Counted from the stretch's first letter, positions 33,890 through 48,800 are shown. The stretch: DNA of 64,000 nt from Phallusia mammillata (GCA_965637545.1 OZ281495.1:20274001-20338000); one strand, 5' to 3'. The notes: generated from the letters alone by a model not told the origin. Translations and numbers: made by a program.

Positions 33890-36800
33890 ATGGCACCCCA
33901 TAGTAAAACTAAACTAGTTGCAAGTTTTTCAAAAGATGTAAAAATATATTTACACAACTTGTTTGCCGCAACTGATGTTTGGAAGCACTACAGTATTCTG
34001 GATGAATGTCTTAATGATAAAGCATCAAATTGGAAAACAAAATTTAATGAGGTTTGGTACATCAAAATAAGATTTAATTGATTGTTATTTCGTCACCTTG
34101 TATTTGTGAGTTAAAATATTATATATAGTGTACATATAAAAGAGTGTGATGTATTGTTGCTTAGATATGCACAATATCTTTTACTGACAACCACTGTGAT
34201 GATGAGTTGGTACAAATACTCTCAAATTTGTTTGTTTTCTGCATGGTCAAACATCCTTGCAAAAGTATTTTAAAAAGGTACCTTCACTTTGGCAAGATCA
34301 AATTGAAAAATTCTTTCTTTTTAATACCCATTGTTTTTTCAGCATTTTAAAGGATTGTTCAGACAAGAAACCAGCAGTTTTTATCCATGTGACCAAAGCA
34401 TTTACTGATCTTTGTCAGTCCTGCACAACCCTTGGTGTATCTGCTTGTCAAATCATTCAAACCTATGAACTAAGCATTTCTTCAAATTTTTTGAATGAAG
34501 AGCTGCAGTATGATACAATAATTGGTAAGCAAACATTTTATCACAATTTTTTGATAGCTATAAATTTTGCTGACATGTTTTTGTTGCAGGGGCAGTTGAT
34601 TGTATTAAGCAGCACATCAAAGTTTTGCAACAGAATGAAACTAAGTTGCCTGTAGAAACTTCTGTTTTAAACCTTTTAAGTGATGATCTCAAATGTTTGA
34701 ATTCATTTTTGAACAAACATGAATTTTTTTGCAATAAAAAAGCAATTGAATTGTCACTGTGTTACTTGCAAGATGCATGTGTTTATCTGCTCAAACAAGG
34801 TTAGTTAAAAATCATTTATGATAAGTTACTAAAAGTGACATGTAATGTTTTTAGAGCAATATGAAGGTGCTTGTTGGAATGCTGCTGCACTACTTTTGCC
34901 AAATCTTGTTTTAACTGTTTCAACATTGTCTTTTTATGAAATGGTGGGTATATTTATTTATGGACATTGCACTGAACAAAAAAGTTCATGCTTTTTATTT
35001 ATTTCGTACTGAATTTCAGGTTTACACTGTTTTTTCTATGGAAAAAAGTTTTACTTTGTTAAATGATACCAACAGCAACTTATGCCAATCTGCAAAACTT
35101 GCTGTATGTAATGGGATTTTAGTATTTTTATCGCATGAACATACTAACTTGTATGAGGAGCAATGTGAAACACAGCAAGCAAAACCTAATGCAACCAAAC
35201 TTTGTACAATAATGATGAAAGCCTTTGACTGGGTAAAGCTGATGTCTAAATGGTATGGTCAAGTTTACTGACTTTTTAATGTATAACTTACTTTTCATAT
35301 TAAATGCAGCATCATTGGAATCCCAGATGAAATAGCATTTGGGAGATGCATTCTTCAGTGGTGCATTACTTTGAGGTTTGTAGGATCAAATAAAATGTTT
35401 TGTTAAACAGTATTTGGTAAATAATGAAACACAGTCATTTATTAACACATTTCAATACAAAATACGTTCTTTAGCCTGTTTGTCTTACACTCTTTTGCAG
35501 ACCGGCTGTTATCTTTGCTTTCATACATGTTTATTACCATAACCATTGGAAAGATAAACTTAAAATGTTTTGTGGTTTGGTTCTATGGCAGTGGTTCTCA
35601 AACTCAAATCTGGGCTTTAAGAACATCTTGCGACCCAAGCCTTAAACAACAAAAATGTATTTTTTATTTTTGTATGAATAGGTATCATCCTTAAATGCTA
35701 ACTGTTACTTTCCAAGTTCAGGTTCGTATGATTAACCTCCTATCATTCCCCGTGCTAACGTGTTACAATCGCCGTGTGCATAATAGAAAATTGGAAGGCT
35801 ATTGTATGTATGTTATAATGATTGGTTCATTTTGCTGTATAGCGTTGTCGAGTGAGGCTGTATTTGGCTACGGTGCTATCAAAACTCTCAGAAAACCACT
35901 TACTTATGCTGCAATACTCCAAGGTTACCAAGATAAAGCCACATGAAATGCCTATGATACAATAATTCAGTTATGTCTGAGAATTGAAAATACTTGAAAA
36001 TTGAAATGAAAAAAGTTCGTTTGGGCAGAATTGAATCACCACAGCGCGACCCATTTTGTAACCCTGCGCGACCCATGTTTGGGTCTCGATCCATACTTTG
36101 AGAACCACTGTTCTATGGGGTCATCTTTTTAACAGTGAGGATATCACTAACAGAATCAAAAATGACCCCAGTCTCTGCAAGTTGTGACATTTGTCCACAA
36201 CAACACTTTTTTGAATCAAACAAATGTGATATTCCATGTAATGTTTAGGGGCATAAGAAATTATACGAAGCAATACATACTTTTATTTTTAGAGTACATG
36301 TGAAAAAAGTGAATCTCACAAATGAAGATTTTTCTCATGTTCTTAAATGGATTATGCCTCAGATATGCATGGGGTTGGATCATGCCACTGATCTTGTTCG
36401 TCATCAAACCAGAGATGCACTGGAAAACATTCTCAAAGTAGCTTATTGGCTCTCTCAGAATGGTAAACATGTGTTTTTAGGGATAAATTTATTGATTCTC
36501 AACAAAATATTTTTAGAATTAGCAAATTGTGATTTTGTACGAGGCATGTTAGTTGATGTTCTGAAGTGGAGCTGGCACAAGAGAGCATTGTATGTTGCCA
36601 TAAATTGCATTCTACAACATGTATCACCCTCCAATGTAACAAATCATCAGCCTGATATTGTGTCAAAAATTCTTTCTGGTAAAGTAATAATTTCCTGTTT
36701 TTTATTGATTCCTTGTCAACCAAGCACATATCACATAAACAAAATTGGTTTTAGCTATATGTGACCAGTCACTTGCTCCTTATGCATCCAACCTGTTTTG

Positions 36801-39800
36801 TACACTTGCACAAACCACCCTGGATTTGTGTTCGGATGAACAATCTGCTCATTTTGATTTTATCATGCCAATATTAGAAGCATTGCAAAAATACGATGAA
36901 CATCATTCTCGATTGCTCCTGGATGTATGACAGCAGTACTGCAATATTTTGTAATGTTAAACTTATACGCTGTGCATATTTTTCAGTATTGCTTAAAGAA
37001 GATCCTAAAATTGTTTGGAACAAAGGGCTTAAACTATATCATCTCTAACTTTGCAATTGAAAAAGATAGACGATTAAACATTTTAATTATGTGTCTTAGC
37101 ACTGCCCAACAGTTGGGGTTACTCCAGGTTTGATAATTCATATAAATTTTTATCTATATGTATTATAACAATCTTTAAACAACAGTTTGGTCTTTTTTTG
37201 TTTCTAGAAGAGAGAAAAAACCTTGGAAAATGATGACTGGAGACCTGGTGTGAAGTTTCTTGTTATAAAACAGGCACTGGTGCATCCATCTTCTCAGGTT
37301 AAATACAATTAAAGATAAAATTGTCAAGTGAAATTTGATTGGTTTGTGGTTGGATGGTTATACGTTTAAGCCATTTCTCTTACTTTTCAAATATTTTTTG
37401 CAAAATCATGACCCACTTGAATTTGATATCATGTTTTTTATTTTTCTGATTGTCATTTTTATGGAGACATTATATTTGATCTTATTTTTGGCTTTTAGAT
37501 TCGAATTGATGCTTTTTCACTGATCTGTAATTGCTGGAAACCTTCAGAATTGCTACAAGCTGTTGATTTAGATCTCATTGTCTGTTCTATCCCATACAAT
37601 TTGACTGTTCAATGCCCAGCTTTTCGCCAGCAGTTACTTTGTTTGTTAAAGAAAGTAGGTGACTAAACCATTTTAAAAATACCCAAACCTATTTTTGATT
37701 TTTTTATTAGTTGCTGTCTCGAATAAAACTTAACCACCAGAAGGTATGCAAAGAATTGTTGAAAAAAAATTCTCCGATTTCATGCGATGAGCTAACAGCA
37801 TTCAAGAATCGCTATGAGGTATTTTACTATAATTTATGATTTGGAGTTGTGAAATGCTTCAGTGCAATAAAACTTGAACATGTTTTGACAGAGTTTTATG
37901 AAATGGTTGATTGATTTTTTATTTGATCAATTGTTTGAGGGTGCCTGTTTCTCCAGACGCTATGTTTGTCTTATTTTGTTAACTACCCTTTTTGAAATCA
38001 GTGGACAAGGGCAAGGTATTAACAGTTACTGTTCTCCAAAATCTAAACAGTTTTAAAACCAAGAAAAAAATATTTCATGTCTGTTTTTTCGCAGGCCTGT
38101 GCCCAAATATGAAAACTATTTTGTCAAAAGACAGAATTGATACACTATACAGAACGATGCATGATAATTATGAAGAAAACCGAGAACTCGCTCTTAAGTT
38201 GATGACTTCTTATGGTGCCAATGCTCTTGTAAAGAACCATGTATGTGTAATGATAAAACACAAAACATAGAAAAAAACAAGGAGTTGTTTTAAAATGATA
38301 CAGAATGTAAAAACACAATATAAACCACATTTTACTTGCTTTCGCTGCTTTTGTTTTAAGTGGGATAATGTGTATGTGAAACAATGCATTTTGCTCAAAA
38401 AAATAAAGAAATTTGATTACCTTTTTTTTATTGTATTTTTCGACAATCAGGCGACAGTCCGAAAACTGAAAATTGCACTTTCAATTTGATTACTTGCAAC
38501 ACGAACATAAAAATATGTTTTATTCTTTTGTATTGGCTGTTTAGTTTGAAAAGAATCACCTTCAAGAACAGGAAGATTGTGCAATAAAGCAATGCAGGAA
38601 AACGTACAAGCCAGAAGAATGCAAAGATGCAGCCTTTCAACTTCGGTTGATTGTTGAATTGTCAAATGATTGTTTAACTACGGTTTTAAGGTTAGTTGAA
38701 AAATACTGCTTTAAACCGAACTTAATTTTAAAAGCTTACATTGCTTAAACATGATTTTTTTTTAGAATTTGTCAAAGTATTTTGGCGCAACTTAACACAG
38801 ATCTACAAATGGCAGAAACAAACCTCTTGCAAGCATTATCATCAAGTCCGTTGTATGCAAGCCTTTATTGCATTCGAATGTTGTTGCTGAACACCCAATT
38901 ATGGTAATATATGAGCTCATGCATGCCTTTTTTGTTAAATTTCTTTTTAAGAAGCTTTGCAAATACACGCATTATATTTTCTGTTCTTGCAGCAAAATAT
39001 ATGGCAATACGGGATGGCGGGAATTGATACAGAAGTGCACAAAAGCTTGCTTTGCAGTTTTCGAAGCTGTTTTTCCTGTAGTTGGAAGTGTAAGTCCTGA
39101 AGGACACCTGCCGCAAATGATGGATAACACTGAAAATGATGACAAAAACTCTTACGACAATTTACCTGATCTTTTGCGACCCCTTGTGGATAGTGACACA
39201 CAATCAACACACGGTATTTTGTTTTAAAAAAAGTAATACCTAAATTTGGATATTTGCATACCTTGACAGTTAGATTCATCGTCTGTTTTTGCTTGAGGTG
39301 TATTATAAAACGGAGACGAACATGGGATTGTTTTCTGGATAGGTGATTTCGACGAACGACTTGCAGCCCAACGTGTGTTAGTTTCGTGCTGGAGAAGCGC
39401 CAAGGAATCATCGTTGCTACTGGAGACTATTGCTAAAAACTGTCCATGTGATTCCACACCAGATTCATGCGATGGCCTGCTTTTGCGGCAACAGGTTTGT
39501 ATAAATATGATGTAGCTATTATCCACCCTTCAGCGCTCAACCAAGTAAAAAAATACTCAACTCTTAAGTACATAAATGACATACCACCGCATTGAAAAAC
39601 GAGGTTGGCAGTACTTTCAATTTATAGCCTGCTTGTCGTTTTTTCTACTGTAAATAACAGAAAAAACAATTCACAATTTCCTTCGTATATTGTCTCTTTT
39701 GTTGCATACCGTCTTTTTTGTCGTTCATGCTCAAATTGAAATGAGTATATTTCTTTTGATTTTCCAGCTTTTAGACATAGGATTACATCTTCGGCGCCAG

Positions 39801-42800
39801 CTGATGAATGCTCGCCACCGGGGAGCTTTTGAAATCGCCTATTCTGCATTTAAAGCTTACTGCCCTATTCTGTGGAGGTAAAAGTCAAACATAAACATAA
39901 CGTTGCGGTAATGGCTACCCACGCATAGTTTTCATCCCCGGGTATCTAAACAACTAACACCAAACATCGAATTGAAAAAACTGACTGATAAATTGTAACA
40001 GGCGAATCTTCTTACCTGTTTTTTTTTCTGACAATTACTTTTATGCAGGAATGAAAATCATGAAATGAGTAGTTATGTGGAAAAATGGGCCAACGAGATT
40101 GTGGATAACATTTGCGACCCTGTCAAATCAAAAGCTTTATGTTCCACGCGCAGAAGTGCCGGTTTGCCGTTTTTGGCGCAAGTAAGTCAAAATCTGAACA
40201 GTATTTTTCAAAACGTTTACGTAAAGTGCGAACCTAAAAGCTTGTTATACATTCTTAGGCCCTACTTGGTAGCGAGAAGAACAGTAAATCACGTGCTTGC
40301 TTACGTCACGCGATGTCGTCATTACTGGCAATTCTAGAAGATGATGAGAAAAGTAGCACCAGTTTCGACGTTGTTTCCAAGGTAAATATAAAAAAAGTGA
40401 TTATCTGGTGCCGGTATTCGACAACTCCGTCAGGAGAGTTGCCGTATTTAATCTGCATATCTACATATACATCAAAATCTCGTAACACACGGTGTAACTA
40501 CGAAAAAAGTTTAAAACGGCCTTAGTTGTTCGAGAATGGTCACACCTTTGCTTCAGGAGTTGGTGAGCCTAACAATGCTGTGCGAATGTTTTTACAAGTG
40601 GCTCAAATTGGGGACTTTTAGTTTTAAAATAATACTAGCGAACACTGATGCAGAACACAGATGATCCTCTGAGGTCATTTTGTTTGTTTATTTCAGGTTC
40701 ACGCTCTTAATGTTATTCGTGGTCTAATACGTGACGCTTCTTTGGGGGAGGAAGTTCAACCTTTTCTGTCACATTGCGTAATAGTTGCTATAAAAGGTAT
40801 GTACGTCACCGAAAAAAAACGCTTGTGGTTCCACAAAAATTTCTATGTATGTAAGTAATACATCTTAAAAGTAATGTATGTGTGTCCAAGTGCGTGAAGA
40901 CTTTTGACATACTTTTTCAGGTGAAATGTTCGAATTTTTTTTTGTAGAACGACTTGCATACGGCCGTGTTGCCAAGTCCAATTATATAACTTATAAAAAC
41001 TGCAATAAAAATAATTTTCTAAGATTTGCTGGTTTTTGTTGGCCGGTTCGCGATAAAATTTCAATTTTGAAGCGGTCCGCAATGCAAAAAAATATTGCCG
41101 ACCCCTTAAGTATTGGACCCAGTACTGTATATCCAAAATAAATTAAATCTTTCCAATGCTCAGGTATCGCCTGTAGAACGTGGTCTGTTCGCAACTCCTC
41201 CACCCTGCTCTTTTCCGCTCTCGTCACCCGAATATTTGGCGTAAAAAGAGAAAAAGACTTGGAAAACTCTGCCAAAAATAGGTGATGTCAGGTTTACACA
41301 AACTCGATGACGTTTTTACGTTATTTTTTGCGCCACCAAACGTCATTTATTTGTTTTTGGTTTCAGGATGTCGAGTCACGAATTTTTTACACGTTTGCCA
41401 AATCTTCGGGAATTTCTCTTAAATCAGTTGAAGCAAGACACTGATGACAAAACCATAGTTGGCGTTTCATGTAAATTACGAATTAAAAATAGTTGATTCT
41501 TCTACTACAGTCAGTATATTGCAATTAGATGTCGGTGTGATTTTGTTGAAACGTGTAAGATTTTTTTTTCATTTAAAACACATAACTTTTTTAAATTTTA
41601 TTGTGTGTTAATGAAGGTCAAAAAACCTTTTAAATACTTTTTACAAAAAACTGACTTGCAGATTCTTTAGCTGTTCAAAAAATCGAAAAGCACTCACGAA
41701 CCTACCCAATTCTACTTCTCTTATCCCGACTTTATCCATCTCCATCCAGCAACGATTCATCCACATCTTGTTTAAACAAATTTGTGCCTTATTTAAAAAG
41801 GTATCCTTCTTATAATGTGAATATTGATTCGGAGTTGGGTGGACTAAGACGAATGGACTTTTTAGGTCGAGTTTAAGTGACATATACTTCACTGTAGATT
41901 TGGATTCGCATTGTCGCAGTGACATACTTGGTCGTATAATTTCACTTTATTTACGCTAATGCGCATGCGCACAGGGGGTGTGTAGTGATTTGATGCGTAC
42001 ATTCTATACGGGCCTTAACGTAGACCAGTCCGCCAAAGTTCACAGGATAAATTTGACATTAAAGCCTAGTTGGTGGATTAAGTAACTTTTATGTCTACAT
42101 TATTATAGGATCCAAGTCTTTTCCTGGTTTGTCATTTAAAACTTATTTTCCAAAAAAGGAGGGAAGCATTTAAATTATTAAATTTGAAACGTGTGCTTCA
42201 GACATTTAGACTGACTTGAATACGATTATAATCGTAATCGTTGCACGATATGGCATAAGTCTTTATCAAAAGTAAAACATTTTGATCCACAATCCATTAT
42301 CCTTATCCGTTTTCAACTCAATCCTCAAATTACAAAACCTTATGTTTTAGATGTTTGGAAAGTCCGATACTGAAGATACGAGCAATGGCCGCAACAGCTA
42401 TTTCGTGCGTCGTTCCAAACTCGGAACTCACGTCTACAATTCACTCCTTGTGCGTTTCCACGAAACATGGCTCGTCACAAAACCATTTCCATGGTTGTTT
42501 GTTAGCGGTGAGCCTTTCCTCTGTGCAGAAAACGTGACAGACATTAGATAGAGCGTGCTGCCTCCGAAGCGATTTGTGGCTCCTTAACTTACGGTTTAAT
42601 GGGCAAACTTGATAAAATCTGGTCATGATTTGATTTGGCCGGCCGCAATTTGATTACAGTGCGGTTTTTGAGGTTTCGCGCGTACTCGGAAGATGCTTAA
42701 CGTTCGTTAAAAGTCGATGCTCAAAAACTGATATAGAATCTTCAGGCAGATATAACTAAATGACTTGTTCAGATTCTCAAAAACCATAATAAACTTAAAG

Positions 42801-45800
42801 ATGACTTTTTTTCTTGGAAATTTGTTGTCGTTTTCTTGGCCTTTAGGCAACTATCTACAGAACACATTTTTATTTTCACGTTATCTTCTATTGGCCATAC
42901 AACTCATCAGCAATCAATAATCATTTCATTTGTAAATGTCTGAGACTGTGAAACTTTTGTTTCGTAGGTGAATGAAAGCTATCGTTTAGTTAAAATAATT
43001 TGTTGATCTCATTTACATGAAACCTGGGGTTGTTTGTGTATCCTTTGTGTACAGCCCTACGCTATATTTCACCTTGTAGATTAAACAGTTTATGCTTGGT
43101 CGCTAGTGGGCGATAAAGTTTTTTAAGATTTGTTCAGTAGTCACTCGAAATGATTTTAAATCCAACGCCGATAAACGATCAATGTATAAGCTAGATAGAC
43201 CAGAGTTATCAGGATCACCCTTTTCAACGTTTTATGGGATATTTTTGAAATGAACGTACTTCTGGAAACCAATTGGTGCTTCGTTCAATCAAGCTCCCTA
43301 ATACTTGCCAAGCAGTTGACATGTCATTTGTTCTTGCAGCTGATGCGACTCCAGGCCAAGTGCGCTTTGGCATCGTGCAAGAATTCGTCGAAACTTAACT
43401 CGCCTGATGACGTCACTATCATTCTTTCCTATCTCTCCTCCAATTACTGGATTGGTTCAAGGTAAATGGCATCACGACGTTCGATCACGATTTATCCCTA
43501 AATCCGCAGAAAAAAGGTCAATTAAAGCCCGCTACCCCCTATCGTCTTGACCTCTGGGTGCGGCGTAAAAGTGACATAAACACTAGCCTTAGTGTAGATG
43601 TTGTTGAGGGCGTTTCGTGTATAGTTTGGCTTTGGGAGTTATTCTCAGCGTTTCCAGTTGGGCGAGTTGTGGATGTGTTTTGATGTTGTGAAGGGAGAGT
43701 GGTGTAACTCAGCGAGCTCGCGGTTTTCCTTTCATGTCGAACACTGCACGCTACAACGTTTTCGTTCCAACTCCTTTATGTAACTATCGATCATTGCACG
43801 TCCTAGTTTTAGTGTTGCAATAATAACTTCTTAATTGGAAGGCAGTTAACCGGGATTTTCCGTGGGGAGATACTGCTTTTTATTCAATTACATTATAATT
43901 CTTGTATTTATTACTAGGTTGTGGTAAATGTCCTAAGTAAATTAATGCATGTTGCATTTAGTTTATGTCGCAATAATAATGTGCAAAATGCATTATAGGT
44001 GCAACCGTTGTCCGATGAGCCGAGCTTTGTATCTGGACCTGCTAATACAAGTGATAAGTGACGACGAAAACAAAGTCATTGGTATGTTGTTTGTGAAATG
44101 TAACCCGTTACATAAAAGCCAAAAACCAAAACAGGCATAAAAATAGAGGCAAATATACAGCTGTATTTATTTCTCATCTTAACGTGCGTTGTTACAAACG
44201 ACCACTCGCATTTGTTAACGAAGACCACCACCTAAGCCTCAGACCAAGGCAGCGAACACTTAAAGCTAAGCATATCACTCAACCTCACCCAATAATCACT
44301 GCAGTGTTTACTCAAGCGTGTCACGCACGTGTTCAACAACATATTCACTACCCAATAAGGACAGATCCGCCCGGACTAGGGTGTGTCGATGACATGTGTA
44401 TTTCTGGCTCACAGAAAATGACGACAAACGTGTGACGTCATTGCTGATGAGTTTGCACAAGGATGCGATGATCGATGTTTCGGCAGCAAATGGGAGATGC
44501 ACACCTGGACAGAGTTTTCTTGACGCGGCTTTTGGGAAGTTCCTTGTCTGCTTGTATTTATGGTTGGTGCTTTAAGCCGAGTTTTGTGCAAATTTTCATT
44601 TTTAAACTTTGAAACGATTAATATCTGGTTAAAAGTGGATTTATCAGGAAAATATGATCTTAAGTAGAGTGTAAGTTGTTCTCAAAGTTTGTTATACTAA
44701 CGACACGCTTTTAAGTGGCAAAGAAAAAGCATCGACAGAAAAAAATGTTTCCTCATTAACAATTGACCAACATACTTGTTAAATGGATAAATAGATCACT
44801 ACATAAAAGCCGCTCACACTATTCTAGCAGAACAATACGCCAGCATTACGTTGACTAAATGTTGTGATATATCACAGGCAAGTGTCTACAACCAGCAGTA
44901 TTGGTGACGTGTTGTCATGTGATCGTGTCGATATACGAGTATCAGCTCTCACAACGTTCGAAAATAAGTTCCAACAGGGTTACATGATAGGTATGACCGC
45001 GATTCTTGTTTATCTGCTATCTGTCTTGTGTTAACTGGCAACTTTGTTTACCTCTTGTATGCTTTTAGCCTCAAAGGACCGTGAACCGCTTTTCAATATC
45101 ATGGCAACGCTTGTTGAGCAGGAAAAAGACGAACGTGTTTTGAGATTAGTAAGTGCCGATTTTGTTTTCGTCAGTGTAGAAGGGGTTGGTCAAAGCTGAT
45201 GTGATCGAGTGGAGTTAGCCAATTCAATAGATGATTTATAAATTTGACAAATTTAATACATGTAAAAAATAAACAAACAAAAGAAATATCAATCGAAATT
45301 CTATGTCGCTTTGTGATATCAAATTCAACCAAAATTTATGCCTGTCGAATGTTATTCCCCCTGCCAAAAATATGTTCTGTCCTCATTGTCAGTTTGGATT
45401 TATTCCCCCAGTGCGCGATTTCGATTTTCGAGTCACCTCAATCCGTTTTAATAATTAATACCTTTACAAATTTGCATTCGACTTTCGCTCGGATTTTCCC
45501 TGTTTAATAATTCTCTGTTTCTTTACCAACCAGGTGTATGGAATTTTTCCAGACCTAACAAGCGCGCCAAATTATGAGATGATAATCCGCCGAGGGCTCC
45601 ACCACGCGGAGCAACTGTCGTCATACAGCTCTCTTCTCAAAGCGATTGTCATTTGTCTTGCAGACTTGGTTGGACGAGCCCTTGCCACTATTGTACGTAC
45701 GACATATTTTTCCTTCAAACCATTACCCATTATGCAAATTGAGATCATTGGAATTCAATCCGTAACCGAATTTCACGCTTTTACTTTATGTAAATTCCCG

Positions 45801-48800
45801 CCCATTTAAAATGGCATGGGTGTTATCGGTAATTTGTCTGATGTATGTAACATTTTCCACGCGTTTTTTAAGCGTTGTTTCACGGTTACCGAATTAGATA
45901 AGGGTTGGACTGCTAGAGGTTTTGTGTGAGGTATATGTTTAACGCTGTTAATTTCCACTGCTAGATGTATATGTTTGACGCTGTTAAGCACCATACACTG
46001 ACACCTACGATAACGGTATTTTTCTGTGTTGCAGTGTTGATATTGTTTCATAGCGAATGAAATAGACATATTGCAATATGTGCAAGCAAAACTTTTACAT
46101 ACATTTAACATAGATACTAGGTCCGTCATAAACCACCCCTGCTTTTCGCGCTTAATTTGTCAGTTGGTTTGCTTCAGTTGTAAAACGAGCGAAACGGATC
46201 GATGTAGTCCCAACCATAGCAAACGAATCGCAGCGTCAACGTGACAGGATCTGACAAATTTGTCGATAACTAACACGCCAACATGCATGTTTTCAGCAGA
46301 ACTCGCATCACATTACGGACGCACAACACCGTTGGCTGCAATTATCATTAGCACTCTTTGCTCCCGGGGTGGAGGATTGCACGGAAGTTCGACGGGCCTT
46401 CGCTGAAAGCCTGGCTGTGGTCGCGTTTCAGCTACTCGTCAAACAGCCAGCAGGTGAGTAGAAGCACACCTTGAAGCAATCCACCACCAGGTATCGCATT
46501 TACCGCACTCGCGTGTTGTGTTTCCTCCCTGTCCTTTGTACGACCTCAAGTGGCAAATCGATAGCCCTTTTGTCTCTATACGTCACAGTTTTACCACTGC
46601 CCAGGTGTTCTCCTTATACAGCTTTATGTGTTACTGTTGCGAAAAAAAGGTCGATTTGAAAGCCTTGGGACAGCTTCCAAAGGGACGACTTATTCAACTT
46701 GGCCATCTCCCGAACACTGCGTAAGTTTGCGGGCGCGAAGGGCAGCAATTCCAGCAAACAATGGGCGCTGGAGGCTAGATTGCAAACCGAGCTGCGTCAC
46801 GATCTGTTTACGGCTCATGTGGTGTATCGCGGATCCGAGTGATCGATGCCCTTTAAATGTTACGCGCCCACGATTGTCGACTTTATTGCATTGATGCTCT
46901 ATATTACGAAGCCGCAACACATGGCGCAATTTCTGGTGCTGAAAAGTACCTCAAAATGAATACCCGCAACACGTACGTGTTTTGTATAAAATTTAATAAC
47001 ATGAAGCTTACTCCAAATGCACTAGGTAACCTTTGGTAAGGTTAACGGTTTATCGTAAATGCAGTGACACAGCGCAAACCGACCTTACGTTTTTTATTGT
47101 AGCTTTGTAAGCACGCTTTATGTCCCGATATTAAAATTTCGTATGTAAGTGAAGAAACGTTTTTTCTAGACAAATCTGGTGAAAAAGTTTTGCTGTGTTT
47201 TTGCTTTAAACTTCGACTGAGTTTCGACGAAAACCCAAAATCAACAACAAACAGCAGTTTTAGTAGCGCCTGGTCGCACACGCGAAAAGATTAAGCCACG
47301 ATAGAACAATGTGGCCTTGCTCCAGCGGCGCCAGAGGCAATGAAGCTCTTCTTGTTGTTCGCCTAAATTTGGGGCCAATGTAAAGGAAGCGCAAAACGAG
47401 CTTTAATCCGAAACCTGTGGTTCGCTGGTGAAGCGAAACGAGTTTCTTTCTATTTAATCCCTCTTTGGGGTCACGAAACCTTATGAGTTCAAAGATTTGT
47501 CACTAAGACAGATCCACTTGAAGGCCACAGTTATCTGTTATGTTGTTACCAATTGGAATGAATATCACAAGAATGCATGATGTCACACGTAGTAAAAAAT
47601 GTTCGGTAATTTAATGCATTGAACCGGCAATATGACACTTCATACAATAATGCGTAAATCCAGAGTGTATGCGTGCGAATGTTCGGTGTGACGTGATCGA
47701 CCCTTGTGTTCATACATACTTCCGACCACATATCATGCGTGCATTGAGCCACGTAGATCATCTATTGTGTTAAAGTGCTCCATAGCCTCTTGTCCAAAGC
47801 GGCAACGTGATCGTACAGTGGATATACACACGTGAGCAGTGGAGGCATCGATTGAGCTAAGTGGTCGACAACGATCGACTTATGGCGATTCCGTGGTCAT
47901 CGTGATTTGCGATTTCGCTGCGAGGGATTACAGCTTGTCAGCTGCATCCACTCGATCTGCCAACCCTCAACCAAATCCCCTCTAGTGATGTTATTTCTCG
48001 ACACGTGTGCCTTAAAGATGAATTGTCAAACAAACCATTGGCTTTAAACACAAGTAGCGAAATGTATTGTGTTTACCCGTGTGTTATGTTAAACCTGCTT
48101 TTATATCCTGAGCTTTTTACTTCTGTGTAAAACGATTTCCAAGAAAGTCACGCCTTGGCTATAAAGCTCGTTTAGGAAACCAGTTAAAATCCACAACTGG
48201 TATCTGACATATTTTTCAATCAATCGGTATGTTTGTTGATTGATTTCACGCCGGGTGTCGAGCAAAAAGTGGCTCAAAATAGCTCCACCACTGAGCCACG
48301 ATCAATTGGACGTCAATTTATCTTTTAATTTTCAAGCTTGCCGTGAGCTTGGCAAACAAAATGATGAATGGATTCCCGCCATTGTCTGACGACGTTACAG
48401 TTCACTTTCGTTTTTTTTTTCTGTTTAAATTCGCGCCGCGTCGTTTCGTGCAAAATATTTTGGTCCTGTTACCGGGATTTTCAAGCTTGACATTTGCTTT
48501 AGGGAGACTCGGTATCGCGTAATATCGATTTCAACTTGCCTTTTTCTCGAACAAGAGCGACTTTTTCTAGAAAGTTCGCGCCGAATTCGTGCGCCCCGGT
48601 CTTTCACCAGGTTTTCTGGCTCTCGTGTTTATGTTTACGTTCCGGGTCTAGGACGTGTGTAATCCCGTTAATAAACAATCGCTCGCCGTGCGCTGTTCTG
48701 TGAATCAGGAAAGCCGACATTCATCAGTTCCGCCACCGTAGCCGAACTCTGCCACCACCAGCTATCTCACCACACAACCGTGGCAGGTGATTTAACTGAA

